From Octopus sinensis (taxonomy: Eukaryota): a stretch of 64,000 bases of DNA. Below the pieces are notes generated by a model that was not told the origin of the DNA, ran no database searches, and saw only the letters and a list, made by a program, of their open reading frames with translations. This document shows positions 13,076-26,742 of the stretch, piece by piece. The position numbers and the translations under genes were made by a program. How positions within the stretch are numbered: the stretch's first letter is position 1; every line of letters begins with the position of its first letter. The stretch spans positions 1 through 64,000 of the forward strand of contig NW_021833013.1 in NCBI RefSeq assembly GCF_006345805.1. The letters run 5' to 3'.

Positions 13076-16000
13076 ATAACACACACATATACTTAAGACA
13101 GTAGAGTGTGATTTAAGGAAGATTTGGCTGCTATTTCTACCAGGTCTAGCTACCATGTATAGGTCTCCCTTATTGGTGCACACACACACACACACACACA
13201 GAATGATTTGAAGGAGATTTGGCTGCTATTTCTAGCACTTATAGGTACTGTGTGGCAGTCTCTCATTGGCTCATACATACATGCATATATACATACATAA
13301 GACACCAAAGTGTGATTCAAGGGAGACTTAGCTGCTATTTCTATTAGGTTGAGCAACCACATAAAGCTTCCTTCATTTGGTTTGTGTTACCATGAATGAT
13401 TTTTGTTTGGAAAACAAAGCTGGGATCTTTTCCTTTTGAACGGCAGTTTTTAACATAATTTCTAGGTAACTAAAAAATTTTAAACTTCGTATACTGGTAG
13501 AATGTGTTTATAAAACATCATTTTTTTCTTGGCTTTATTGAGAAAATTCTATAGATTGTAAGATATTTCTACTTTAATTTCAAGCATTTCGGCAATTTTA
13601 ACCAATCACTCACCTCCATTTGGGGTGAAAAGATTCCGTGCTGTATGAATATGTTCCTCATGAAGATGGTGCTTTTTACGAGCCACCGGCACGGGGGCCA
13701 GGCAAGGCTGGCAATGGCCACGATCAGATGGTGCTTTTTACGTGCCACCGGCATGGAGGCCAGGTGAGGCTGGCAACGGCCACGATCGGATGGTATTTGT
13801 TACGTGCCACCGGCACGGAGGCTAATCGATGTGGCGCTGGCTACGGCCGTGAAGAATTTATACAACATGGAAACCAGTGGACTGGCCCTTATGACTCAAG
13901 AAAGTAACTTCTATTGGGGTGAGGAGAAGTGGTCTAGGTTGTCTGTGGCTACATATTACAGCAGCACTGTCCACGATATGCAAGCAGTGTTGTAATGTGG
14001 TTGAGATGTCTGTATATGTATCAACAGTATTGTCATACTGTATATGTGTGCAGTTGTATAATATTGCCTAGGATGTCTGTGTGTAAGAACAGCATTGTCC
14101 CAGGTGAGTGAGTGATATTATAATTAGTTTAAGATGTGTGTGTGTGTGTAACAGACCGACAACTACAGTGGAAACAGCTGTTAAGCAGACACAAAGACAG
14201 TGGAGAAAGAAGTTGTGCAAAGGAGGATTTACGGTATGGGGTTTTATTGAATAAACCAGTTCATTCAATAAACCCCATACCGTAAATCCTCCATTGCACA
14301 ACTTCTTTCTCCACTGTCTTTGGGTCTGCTTAACAGCTGTTTCCACTGTAGTTGTCCATTTTTTTTTGTTTTCTTTATTTGTTTTTTTACTCTGGTCACA
14401 TGACATTGCTGTTAAATTGAAATTCTTCTTGATCGTTCTTCAGGATCCCAAGTCTCCAGAAAGGTACCACATTGAGTTACACTTCAGCCCTGGGGCCTAC
14501 ACCTGCTGTGATACAAAACGGATCAGTCGACAAGGACAACTCACCAAAATTGAACAGGTAATGTTCTGGCTATTGTTGTTGTTGTCGTTTAGTTAATGTG
14601 ACATGTATATAGTATAGTATATAATAGTATAGAAAACAGTGTATAAAATGCAACAGTAGGTATGCTACATTTCTATACAGTACCTATTTCTTTACTACCC
14701 ACAAGAGGCTAAACACAGAGGGGACAAACAAGGACAGACATAGGTATTAAGTCGATTACATCGACAACAGTGTGTAACTGGTACTTAATTTATTGACCCC
14801 GAAAGGATGAAAGGCAAAGTCGACCTCGACGGAATTTGAACTCAGAACGTAATGACAGACGAAATGCCTATTTCTTTACTACCCACAAGGGGCTAAATAC
14901 AGAGGGGACAAACAAGGACAGACAAACGGATTAAGTCGATTATATCGACCCCAGTGCATAACTGGTACTTAATTTATCGACCCCGAAAGGATGAAAGGCA
15001 AAGTCAACCTCGGCGGAATTTAAACTCACAACGTTACGCAGACGAAATACCGCTAAGCATTTCGCCCGGCATACTAACGTTTCTGCTAGCTCGCCGCCTT
15101 AAATTAGTAATAGGTACTGTAAAGTAAACTATACAGTACCTATTAGTGTATGTACTATATCGTACTAACATTACTCATTATTAGTGGCATTTCTGGAACT
15201 ATTTCCACTTGGTTGCTACGCATACTAACTAAAGAAGTGTTGCCGTGTTTCCCAACCTTTTTTAGTCTTAGGGGATCCTTGAATTATATTTTTGGTGTAA
15301 AAGTTGACTCATCCCTTTTTTTTTTTGTTTTCCTAATTATTGGTCTGAAAACTGCAACTTGTATGCCAGAAAATATGGTAAAGAATTAAACTCAGTAATC
15401 CTTTCCACTAAAGGTACAAGGTCTGAAATTTTGCAGGAGGGGACTCATCAGTTAGTTAATTAGTTAGTTAGTTAGTTAATTAAGAAGGTTACTCACAGAC
15501 ACACCAGGTGCTCCAGGCCAAATGAGGCCCTTCGGCTCTTTAGCTGCTCACCTAAAGGAAGATGAAACTGCTATTAAAGAGACTGCTTAACTCTTTTATA
15601 TTGAAACTGACCATATCAGGCTCAATTAATCTGTTTTATGTCCAAACTGGTCAGATCAGGCTTCTTACACTTTAACTACACAGTGTCATTCTAAAAATAA
15701 ACAATCACATCATTGAAATCTCAAAGCTACAAAATAATGTCTGATCAGTTCAAAACACTGTGAATAAATAAGCCGAACATTTGACAGAATAATTTGAACA
15801 CTAAAAGATTAAAGTTTTTTTTTTTTTTCATTCATATCTAGCTCAAATAGGCTACTTGTTTTGTGTCTAAAACAGCCAGAGCTGGCTCAAATAGGCTACT
15901 TGTTTTGTGTCCAAAACAGCCAGAGCTGGCTCAAATAGCCTACTTGTTTTGTGTCCAAAATGGCCAGAGCTGGCTCAAATAGCCTACTTGTTTTGTGTCC

Positions 16001-19000
16001 AAACTGGCCAGAGTTGGCTCAAATAGCCTACTTGTTTTGTGTCCAAACTGGCCAGATAGCCTACTTGTTTTTTGTCCAAAACGGCCAGAGCTGGCTCAAA
16101 TAGCCTACTTGTTTTGTGTCCAAACTGGCCAGAGTTGGCTCAAATAGCCTACTTGTTTTGTGTCCAAACTGGCCAGATAGCCTACTTGTTTTTTGTCCAA
16201 AACGGCCAGAGCTGGCTCAAATAGCCTACTTGTTTTGTGTCAAAATGGCCAGAGCTGGCTCAAATAGCCTACTTGTGTTGTGTCCAAAATAGCCAGAGCT
16301 GGCTCAAATAGCCTACTTGTGTTGTGTCCAAAACAGCCAGAGCTGGCTCAAATAGCCTACTTGTTTTGTGTCCAAAATGGCCAGAGCTGCCTCAAATAGC
16401 CTACTTGTTTTGTGTCCAAACTGGCCAGAGTTGGCTCAAATAGCCTACTTGTTTTGTGTCCAAACTGGCCAGATAGCCTACTTGTTTTTTGTCCAAAACG
16501 GCCAGAGCTGGCTCAAATAGCCTACTTGTTTTGTGTCCAAAATGGCCAGAGCTGGCTCAAATAGCCTACTTGTGTTGTGTCCAAAATAGCCAGAGCTGGC
16601 TCAAATAGCCTACTTGTGTTGTGTCCAAAACAGCCAGAGCTGGCTCAAATAGCCTACTTGTTTTGTGTCCAAAATGGCCAGAGCTGCCTCAAATAGCCTA
16701 CTTGTTTTGTGTCCAAACTGGCCAGAGTTGGCTCAAATAGCCTACTTGTTTTGTGTCCAAAACAGCCAGAGCTGGCTCAAATAGCCTACTTGTTTTGTGT
16801 CCAAAATGGCCAGAGCTGGCTCAAATAGCCTACTTGTTTTGTGTCCAAACTGGCCAGAGTTGGCTCAAATAGCCTACTTGTTTTGTGTCCAAAACAGCCA
16901 GAGCTGGCTCAAATAGGCTACTTGTTTTGTGTCCAAAATGGCCAGAGCTGGCTCAAATAGCCTACTTGTTTTGTGTCCAAACTGGCCAGAGTTGGCTCAA
17001 ATAGCCTACTTGTTTTGTGTCCAAAACAGCCAGAGCTGGCTCAAATAGGCTACTTGTTTTGTGTCCAAAATGGCCAGAGCTGGCTCAAATAGCCTACTTG
17101 TTTTGTGTCCAAAACAGCCAGAGCTGGCTCAAATAGCCTACTTGTTTTCTGTTCAGACTCGCCAGATCTAGCTTCTCACACTTATCCTACACTGTCATTC
17201 TAAAAACAAACACCCACATCATTGCAATCTCAAAGTAGCGGTATAATGACTGATTTGTTCAAAACAATTTAGATTAATAAATATTAAGTTAGACAACGTA
17301 ATCTGTATTATAAAGGCTTAGATTTTACTATCACCTACACAACTACACTGCATATGTTATTAATATTATTAACCTAATACATTCCTTTTTTTTTCTCTTT
17401 TCTTCTCTTTCTATTTCTTGTACCACTACTACAACTACTGCTACTACTTCGATATTGCTACCACCACCACCACCACCAACTCTTTTACTGGTACATTTAT
17501 CACTGCAACTACTACTACTGCTGCTGCTGCTGTTACTACTACTGCTGCAGTTGTTCATGAGTGATGACCAGTGGCGGAGAACTCCGTCGGTCAGCCTGTC
17601 CAACTTGCGCAGTCTGTCCCTGATGAGGGCCAACACGCCGGCGACGGCACCGGCAGATGACCTCACAGATGTGCTGGAGGTTCCAGATGATGAAGATGGT
17701 GCAGAAGAAGAGGAGGAGGAGGATAGCGACAATGAGGATGATGTGACAGTGTCGGCGGCAGCGACGGGGGAGGAGCAGTTGGCGCGGGTGGGTGAGGAGA
17801 AAGAAGCGACGGCAAAGACGATGGGGAGGAGCAACAAGGGACTTGATGTTGGTGGTGATGATGATGATGATGATGATGGCGGTGGTGGTGTTGAAGAGGA
17901 GTGGGAGGAGGAGGAGGAGGTGGACAAGACAGGGGACAAGGAGGGAGAAGGGGGGAAACTTTCGACAGGCAGGGATGGGGAGAGGGATGGAGGGGCGGGA
18001 GAGCGAAGGGAAGAAGGGAAAGGGTCGGTGGTCGAAGACGAAGAGAGAAGGCAAGGAGTAGGAGGAGGGCGAGAACAGGAGGAGGAGGAGGAGGAGGAGA
18101 ATGATGATGCGGGAACGGAAGAGGTGCGATCGGAAGGTGATAGTGGTGGGGGACGGGAGAAGCATCGTTGGCAGGGAACAGGCTGGGAAGAGGAGAAGTG
18201 GGAGGTGCAACAGAAGGCAGATGCAGGGATGGCAGATAAGAGCAACAGTGGCACGCCGATGAGGGTGGCGCGGCAGGGAGATAAAGGTGGGGAGACAGGG
18301 AAAGCCCCGTCGATATTGACGTTGTCGTCCTTATCGTTAGTTTCCCCGTCATCATCATCATCACCGTCATCATCAGCAGCAGCAGCAGCCGTTGCTTCAC
18401 ATTTAACGTCAAGGACAGTAGTGACGGGTGGTGGCATCAGAGAGGAACCCCTGTCCGATGTAACTGGAGGGGCCGTTGGCAAACGAGGCGGAGAAGAAGA
18501 AGCAGAGGAGGATGGAGAGAACAGTTGTAAGCCAAAGAAAGTAAGTGGTAGTATTGTTGTTGTTATTGTTGTTGTTGTTGTTATCCTACTCTTGATCATA
18601 TTAACGATGATAATACTAATGATCTTTTCAATTAGAGGCACAAGGGAGAGGAATGGGGCAAGTTGACTACAGTGACTCCAGTTCTCAGCTACGACTTAAT
18701 TTATTGACCCCCAAAGGAATAAAAGGCTAAGTCCACCTTGATGGACGAAATGCCACTTAGCATTTTGTTCTGGTCGAGTAACCAATCCTGTTCAAAAGGT
18801 CCCTGAATAAGGGTGGTTTAACCCTTTCGTTACCAACCCGGCCAAAACCTGCTCTGGCTCCGTGGTAAAATGTCATGTTTTCATAAGTTTTGAATTAAAA
18901 TATTCCACCAAACCTTAGTCACAATTTATGTTACCAACACTAGCTTAATGATAACCAAGTTATTTTACTAAATTATTTCTTATATTTAAAATAATTGAAT

Positions 19001-19270
19001 GAAACACAGAGCATCTCAAAATAAATACAGTAACGAAAGGGTTAAGGATGTTGAACGAAACACCCATGTTTCCAGAGGTGAATTATTCAAACCCCAAAGA
19101 ATCCCTCTCAACACATGGCTATGATGCTCCCCTACTATTTCTGCTCGTGATCAGAGATGCACATATCGTCAGTCACTAAGGGACATGCTCAACTGGTTAA
19201 GGTCAAACAACTGACAAGCAAATCTGTGGTATTGAGCAGAATATTTGCTGTAGCCCATCTTTTATACCAA

Positions 19271-19315
<45 letters not shown>

Positions 19316-19736
19316 AACATAAAAATATATATATTTTTTTCTCTCCTTTTTTTCTCTCCTTGTTTTTTTCTGTGTCCCTTTCTTTCAAAGAGCGTAGGCT
19401 CGAAATGTAAAAGACTTTTTTCTATTCCTGAATGCTATACTAATACATTTGTTTGTTTGTACTCCACCTGCCTTCATCTTTTGTTTATTTTCGTAAACTT
19501 TCCCTTTATATATGTATATATATATATGTGTGTATATATGTATGTATGTGCTGTAATGTTGCATTAGATGTGATGTGTTGTAATGTTTTCTCTTTCCAGT
19601 GTGTGAAGATAATTCCTGGGCCAAGATCCCCAGACCCTAATATCCCAGAATGGGACTGGGAAGATGTGGAGCAGCCCGTTTCCTCGGTTGTTGCCATACC
19701 TCCTATTAACTTTCAGAAGGTAAGTACTATGTTATA

Positions 19737-19772
<36 letters not shown>

Positions 19773-22264
19773 AATTATTGTATACAGTGCCCAGGTGCAC
19801 CACAACTTGTCAGAAAGTGCGTATAAAGCATCTGCAGTAATGTACAAATGTCTGGGAAGCGAACAGTGTATGAGTCCAGGTGTAGTGTTGGCGAATCTCA
19901 GAAAGCTTGAGATTATAGTAACTCTTTTCTTACCATATTTAGGCTATTATTTCTAGCATACAGAGTGACCACATTGAGGTCTCCTTCCCTCATTTCTTCT
20001 GCTCATTATTTTTCTTCTTAACCCTTTCCTTACTATATTTAGGCTATTATTTCTAGCATTTAGAGTGACCACATTGAGGTCTCCTTCCCTCATTTCTTAA
20101 TAATAATAATAATAATAATAATGAAATTATTGTATACAGTGCTCAGGTGCACCACAACTTGTCAGAAAGTGCGTATAAAGCATATACAGTAATGTACAAA
20201 TGTCTGGAAAGTGAACTGTGTATGAGTCAGATACATGCTTGTGTGTGTATGGAGGGGAGAAAATCAAGTGTAGTGTTGGCGAATCTCAGAAAGCATGGAA
20301 GTTCTGAAGGATGCAGTGCTCCGACAACTAACAACTGATACCGGCAGTTTGTTCCATGCTTCAGCAACTCTCAGCGTGAAAAAATGTTTCCTAAAGTCAT
20401 GGGAGCTGTGCTGTTTTCTTACTTTGTAAATATGTCCACGGGTGTTAGATGGGTGGAGTTTGAAAAGGTGCTCAGAGTTATTGTTTGTACGATGGTTAAT
20501 AATTTTATGGGTGTCTGCCAAGTCAGCTGCCAGGCGTCGGAGTTTCAATGTGTCCATGCCCAGGGAAATAAGGCGTTCAGAATATGGCAAATGCCTGATA
20601 GAGGGTATTCTTTTGGTTGCACGTCGCTGAATGGCTTCCAGACGATTAATATTCTGGGCAAGATAGGGGTTCCAGAACGGTGATGCAAATTCCAGGTGAG
20701 GTCTTACCATAGCTATATAAAGCAGCAGATAGATATCCGGGGAGCGGCTCACAAAGGACTTGGTGAGTGATTCCAAGATACCCTCAGCCTTCTTGGCAAT
20801 TTTAGCGATGTGTTTTCATCAACATCAGCATTATTGTCAATACCATCATCATCATCATCACCACAACCACTACCTTCACCACCACCACCACCACCAACAT
20901 CATCACTATCATTGTCGTCATCATTGCTAGGGGTTGTAAACTCATAAGACTAAATAGGCCCCTCGACTGCAAATAGGGAGGTGGGAGGTCAGTAGAGGGA
21001 ATGAGGGCTTTAGGGGTGGAGTGTTGAGAGGTTAGTGTAAGAGGGAAAGGGACAGGAATCGATTTGTTGTTGCAGGGGAGATTCATTGCCACCCCATATA
21101 TACATGGGTGGATGGGGTGGTAGCTGGTAAGAGGTAAAGATGGTGGTGTCAGGGTGTCAGAGCATCCCTTAAGTTATGAGGAGGTAAAAGAGAGAAGAGC
21201 GTTTGGGGGTGGTGGTGTAGAAGGTAAGTGGGGTGGGAGAGGTGCAGGAGAATACAAGAGAGGCTGAGAAATAGGGGTGGGATGAAAGCTGAATGAAGGC
21301 AGAGGTGGGGAGAGGTCGTGAGCAAACATCTGGGTGGCGAGCTGGCAGAAGGGTTAGCACACCGGGCGAAATACGTAGCGGTATTTCGTCTGCCGCTGTG
21401 TCCTGAGTTCAAATTCCACCGAGGTCGACTTTGCCTTTCATCCTTTTGGGGTCGATAAATTAAGTACCAGTTACACACTGGGGTCGATGTAATCGACTTA
21501 ATCCGTTTGTCTGTCCTTGTTTGTTCCCTCTGTGTTTAGCCCCTTGTGGGTAGTAAAGAAATAGGTATTTCGTCTGTTTTTACGTTCTGGGTTCAAATTC
21601 CGCCGAGGTCCACTTTGCCTTTCATCCTTTTGGGGTCGATAAATTAAGTACCAGTTACGCACTGGGGTCAATGTAATCGACTTAATCCGTTTGTCCCCTC
21701 TGTGTTTACCCCTCTGTGTTTACCCCCCTGTGGGTTGTAAAGAAATAATCTGGGTGGGATTTGAGCGCGGGGGTGGGTGGGTGAGGATCAAAGGGAGCAG
21801 CTCTGAGTTGGGGCATGGGTGGGTAGGGGGAGAGGGGGTGATGAGCAGCCGAATGATGATGATGATGATGATGATGATTGAGTAGATAATGGGAAGGAGG
21901 GAAGGACTAGCGTGGGGAGGAAGTGGTAGGAGGGGGCGGGAGAAGAGTTCAAGTGGGTGGGGTTGCATATGTTTGTGTATGTGTGTGGGGTCACATTCTG
22001 CCCATTTCAGGAGCAGTGAAGTTCTTAGTTTCTCGTCTTTCTTTTCCTCTTCCTCCTTTTCTTCTACCTCTCATCTTTTTCCTTGTTTCAGTCATTAGTG
22101 TACGGCCATGCTGGGGCACAGCCTCGAACAATTTGTTTTAGTTGAATGAATCAGCCCTGGTGCTTAATTAATATATTTTGATAAGCCTGATACTTGTTCA
22201 CAGGGATGTAAACACACCAACACTGGTTGTCGAGCAGTGGTTGGAGGCAAGCTCAGCCACAAAG

Positions 22265-22303
<39 letters not shown>

Positions 22304-25133
22304 CACACAACAGGCTTCTTACAGTTTCTGTCTACGAAATCCACTCACAAGGCTTTGGTTGGCCCGGGGCTGTAGTAGAAGACACTTACCCAAGGTGCCA
22401 CACAGTGGGACTGAACCCAGGACCATGCTGTTAGAAAGGAAACATCTTACCACACAGCCGCTCCTGCACTTATGGGTGGTACTCTCTACTCTCTTGTACT
22501 CTTTTATTTGTTTCAGTCATTTGACTGCGGTCATGCTGGAGCACCGCCTTTTAGTCGAGCAAATCGACCCGGGACTTATTCTTTGTAAGTCCAGCACTTA
22601 TTCTATCGGTCTCTTTTGCTGAACTGCTAAGTGACGGGGACGTAAACACACCAGCATCGATTGTCAAGCAATGCTAGAGGGACAAACACAGACACACAAA
22701 CATATACGAACACACATATATATATATATATACACACATATATATATATATACATATATACAAGGCATTAGTCGGCCCGAGGCTATAGCAGAAGACACTT
22801 GCCCAAAATGCCACGCAGTGGGACTGAACCCGGAACCATGTGTTTGGTTAGCAAGCTACTTACCACACAGCCACTCCTGCGCCTATATATATATATATAT
22901 ATATATATATAACCCATGCTAGCATGGAAAACGGACGCTAAATGATGATGATGATATATACGACAGGCTTCTTTCAGTTTCCGTCTACCAAATCCACTCA
23001 CAAGGCATTGGTCGGCCCGAGGCTATAGCAGAAGATACTTGCCCAAGGTGTCACGCAGTGGGACTGAACCCGGAACCATGTGTTTGGTTAGCAAGCTACT
23101 TACCACACAGCCACTCCTGCACTTATGGGTGGTAATGAACTTTAAAAAAAAAATTATTTTTCTGATATATTTATTTATCTATTTTTACAGGGTGAGAGGC
23201 GGAGGTCGCAGTCCCTTGCTGAGCCATTCACCCCCAAGACTTTATCGAACCCCATTGACATCCAGAACCAGACAACAAAGGACGACAGTGATGGTAATTT
23301 CTAGCAATGGTTTCTTTCTAAATGTTGTTGTTGCCGCTGTTGTTGTTGTTGTTGTTGTTTACATTTGGTACTTAGAATCGCCGTCCTTGGTTCGTACAAT
23401 TCCTATTTTAAAGACAGCAAGGAGTTTGTTGCAAGGAGATTTGGTTGTTGCCCCGATGGGCCTCCGTGCTGGTGGCATGTAAAAAGCACCATCTGACCGT
23501 GGCCGTTTGCCAGCCTCGCCTGGCCCCCATGCCGGTGGCGCATAAAAAGTACCATCTGATCGTGGCCATTGCCAGCCTCGCCTGGCCCCCATGCCGGTGG
23601 CACGTAAAAAGCACCATCCGATCGTGGCCTTTGCCAGCCTTGTCTGGCCCCCATGCCGGTGGCACGTAAAAAGCACCATCCGATCGTGGCCGTTTGCCAG
23701 CCTCGTCTAGCCCCTGTGCCAGTGGCATGTAAAAAGCACCCACTACACTCACGGAGTGGTTGGCGTTAGGAAGGGCATCCAGCCGTAGAAACACTGCCAG
23801 ATCAGACTGGGCCTGGTGCAGCCTTCTGGCTTCCCAGGCCCCAGTTGAACCGTCCAACCCATGCTAGCATGGAAAGCGGACGCTAAACGATGATGATGAT
23901 GATGATGATTGAGTAAAGTGAAGTAACTATGTCGAAACTTCCTCACTGATTCATGAGGTCCCTATTTTAAAAACAGTAGGGAGTTTAAGGGCGAGATTAG
24001 GCTGTTACATTGAGTAAGGTCAAATGATTTTATAGAAGTTTGTGCATTGGTTCGTATGGTCCTTATTTTGAAAATAGTTGGGAGTTTTTTGAGGGGAGAT
24101 AGTGTTACATTAAGGTCAAGTGACTACACAGAAGTTCCCTCCCTGGTTCATGTGGTCCCTAATTTAAAGACAGTAGGGAGGTTTATGATGGAGAGATTTG
24201 GTTGTTACGTCAAGAAAGATATCTCTCTCAAATTTGCGATGTCACTGGTGCCAAGCTGTTTTGGCCCCTTTGCCTTACCCTAGGATAACATCAGTGGCAT
24301 GGAGAAGGGAGGCTGGTATGCACGGGGGACTGCTGGTCTTTCAGAAACAACCTTACCTGGACTTGTGCCTGGGAGGGGAACTTTCTTGCTACAATCCCAT
24401 GGTCATTCATGACCGAAGGGGTTCTTTACCCTTTACCCTATATACATATAATGGCATGGAGGGGAACTTTCTGGGTGCAATCTCATGGTCATTCATGACC
24501 GAAGGGGGTCTTTACCCTTTACCCTATATACATATAATGGCATGGAAGGGGAACTTTCTGGGTGCAATCCCATGGTCATTCATGACCGAAGGGGGTCTTT
24601 ACCCTTTCCCCTGTGTACATATAATGGCATGGAAGGGGAACTTTCTGGGTGCAATCCCATGGTCATTCATGACCGAAGGGGTCTTTACCCTTTACCCTAT
24701 GTACATATAATGGCATGGAAGGGGAACTTTCTGGGTGCAATCCCATGGTCATTCATGACCGAAGGGGGTCTTTACCCTTTCCCCTGTGTACATATAATGG
24801 CATGGAAGGGGAACTTTCTGGGTGCAATCCCATGGTCATTCATGACCGAAGGGGGTCTTTACCCTTTACCCTATGTACATATAATGGCATAGAGAGGGGA
24901 AGCTGGTATGCATGGGCGACTGCTGGTCTTCCATAAACAACCTTGCCCAGATTGTGTCTTGGAGCGGAACTTCCTAGGTGCAACCCCATAGCCCTTCATG
25001 ACTGAAGGGGGTCTTAACCCTTTTACCCTACATACACACACACATAGATATGTATGTATAAATGTGTGTGTAAAGTACAGTTCAATTGTTTTCCTCATTT
25101 TTTTTGTATAACGATGATGATAACAACATCAAC

Positions 25134-25165
<32 letters not shown>

Positions 25166-25988
25166 TTATAATAATAATAATTAGTATTTCGTGCACCCTT
25201 TACAGGATCTTTCAAGAGGAAAGGTAATTATGTATGATTGTTTGTTGAATAACGAGCTGCTAATTGATGCCCTCCTCCATCACTACCACAATCATCATCA
25301 TCATCATCATCATCATTTCCCTCACCTTCTTTATCATCACCATCATCAACACCATCATCACCACCATTTTCACTTTCACTATCATTAACTACCATCATCA
25401 TCATCATCATCACATTCATCATCATCACATTCATCATTTCATCATCACAATCATCATCATCATCATCATCACCATCATCACAATCATCATCATCATCATC
25501 ACCATCATCATCATCACAATCATCATTTCATCACCACCATCCTTATTGCCACCGCAACCATCATCATTTTCATCATCACCACCACCACCACCACAACCAT
25601 CATCATCATCATCATCGTCATTACCATCCTCCCTTCAACAATACACTAAATCCAGCTTAATTTTCAAAGTTTTTTTTTCCTCTTTGATGTAAACCTGCTA
25701 TATTAATCAACTCCACCTGGTGACTAATTAATGATCTCTTGCTACAAATCTACATGCACGCACACACATGCACATGTACATAATAAGGGAAGATCATGTT
25801 TTATTGTATTTATTGGGGGAAATTGTGATAAACAGTTACTCTGAGTTTCATGTTTTCAATATATATATAGATCATCATCATCGTTTAACGTCCGCTTTCC
25901 ATGCTAGCATGGGTTGGACGGTTCAACTGGGGTCTGGGAAGCCAGAAGGCTGCACCAGGCCCAGTCTGATCTGGCAGTGTTTCTATAC

Positions 25989-26022
<34 letters not shown>

Positions 26023-26449
26023 CATCATCATCATCATCGTTTAGCGTCCGCCTTCCATGCTAGCATGGGTTGGACGGTTCGACTGAGGTCTGGGAAACCA
26101 GGAGGCTGCGCCAGGCCCAGTCTGATCTGGCAGTGTTTCTACGGTTGGATGCCCTTCCTAATGCCAACCACTCCGCGAGTGTAGTAGATGCTTTTTACGT
26201 GCCACCTGCTCAGGTGCCAGACGAGGCTGGCAAACGGCCACAACCGGATGGTGCATTTTACGTGCCACCGGCATGGGGGCCAGACGAGGCTGGCAACGGC
26301 CACAACCGGATGGTGCATTTTATGTGCCACCGGCATGGAGGCCCGTCGGAGCGGTACTGGCAACAGCCACGCTCGGATGGCTCTCTTATGTGCCACTGGC
26401 ACTGGTATCACAGCTACAATTTCCATTGATGTTGAAGGATTTCGATTTT

Positions 26450-26480
<31 letters not shown>

Positions 26481-26702
26481 AATTTAAATAATGAGGGAGA
26501 TAAATTGAATATTAATTTAATTAATATCAATTTAAAACCAGTAGCCTAGCATACAAAAATCTGAAAAATCAGAAAAAATTTCAATACATGTGTATATTTA
26601 GGGCTAAAAAACCACTAGGTGGACAGCCATATGCTAGAAGATCACATATGATCTAACTACAAAGGAAAGAATGTTCTCCAGAGAAAATTTTGATGTTCGC
26701 TG

Positions 26703-26742
<40 letters not shown>

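Noticed and set aside
14054-14103. Cryptic exon ending at the strong donor CAG|GTGAGT
   Set aside because: Weak acceptor, 50 nt long, in-frame TAG.
15841-17150. CRISPR-like regular array (also 37961-38726)
   Set aside because: Contiguous units with no unique spacers, eukaryotic context, no cas genes.
17620-17650. CTGATGAG in exon h (also CTGATGAAG at 42910 and CTGACGAAG at 63104)
   Set aside because: No GAAA after the putative stem II.
17343-18641. 432-aa minus-strand ORF
   Set aside because: Antisense shadow of the low-complexity exon h; no independent support.
24198-24936. Repetitive ORFs [11 protein letters not shown]... and [11 protein letters not shown]...
   Set aside because: Produced by the 86-87 bp SINE-derived array.
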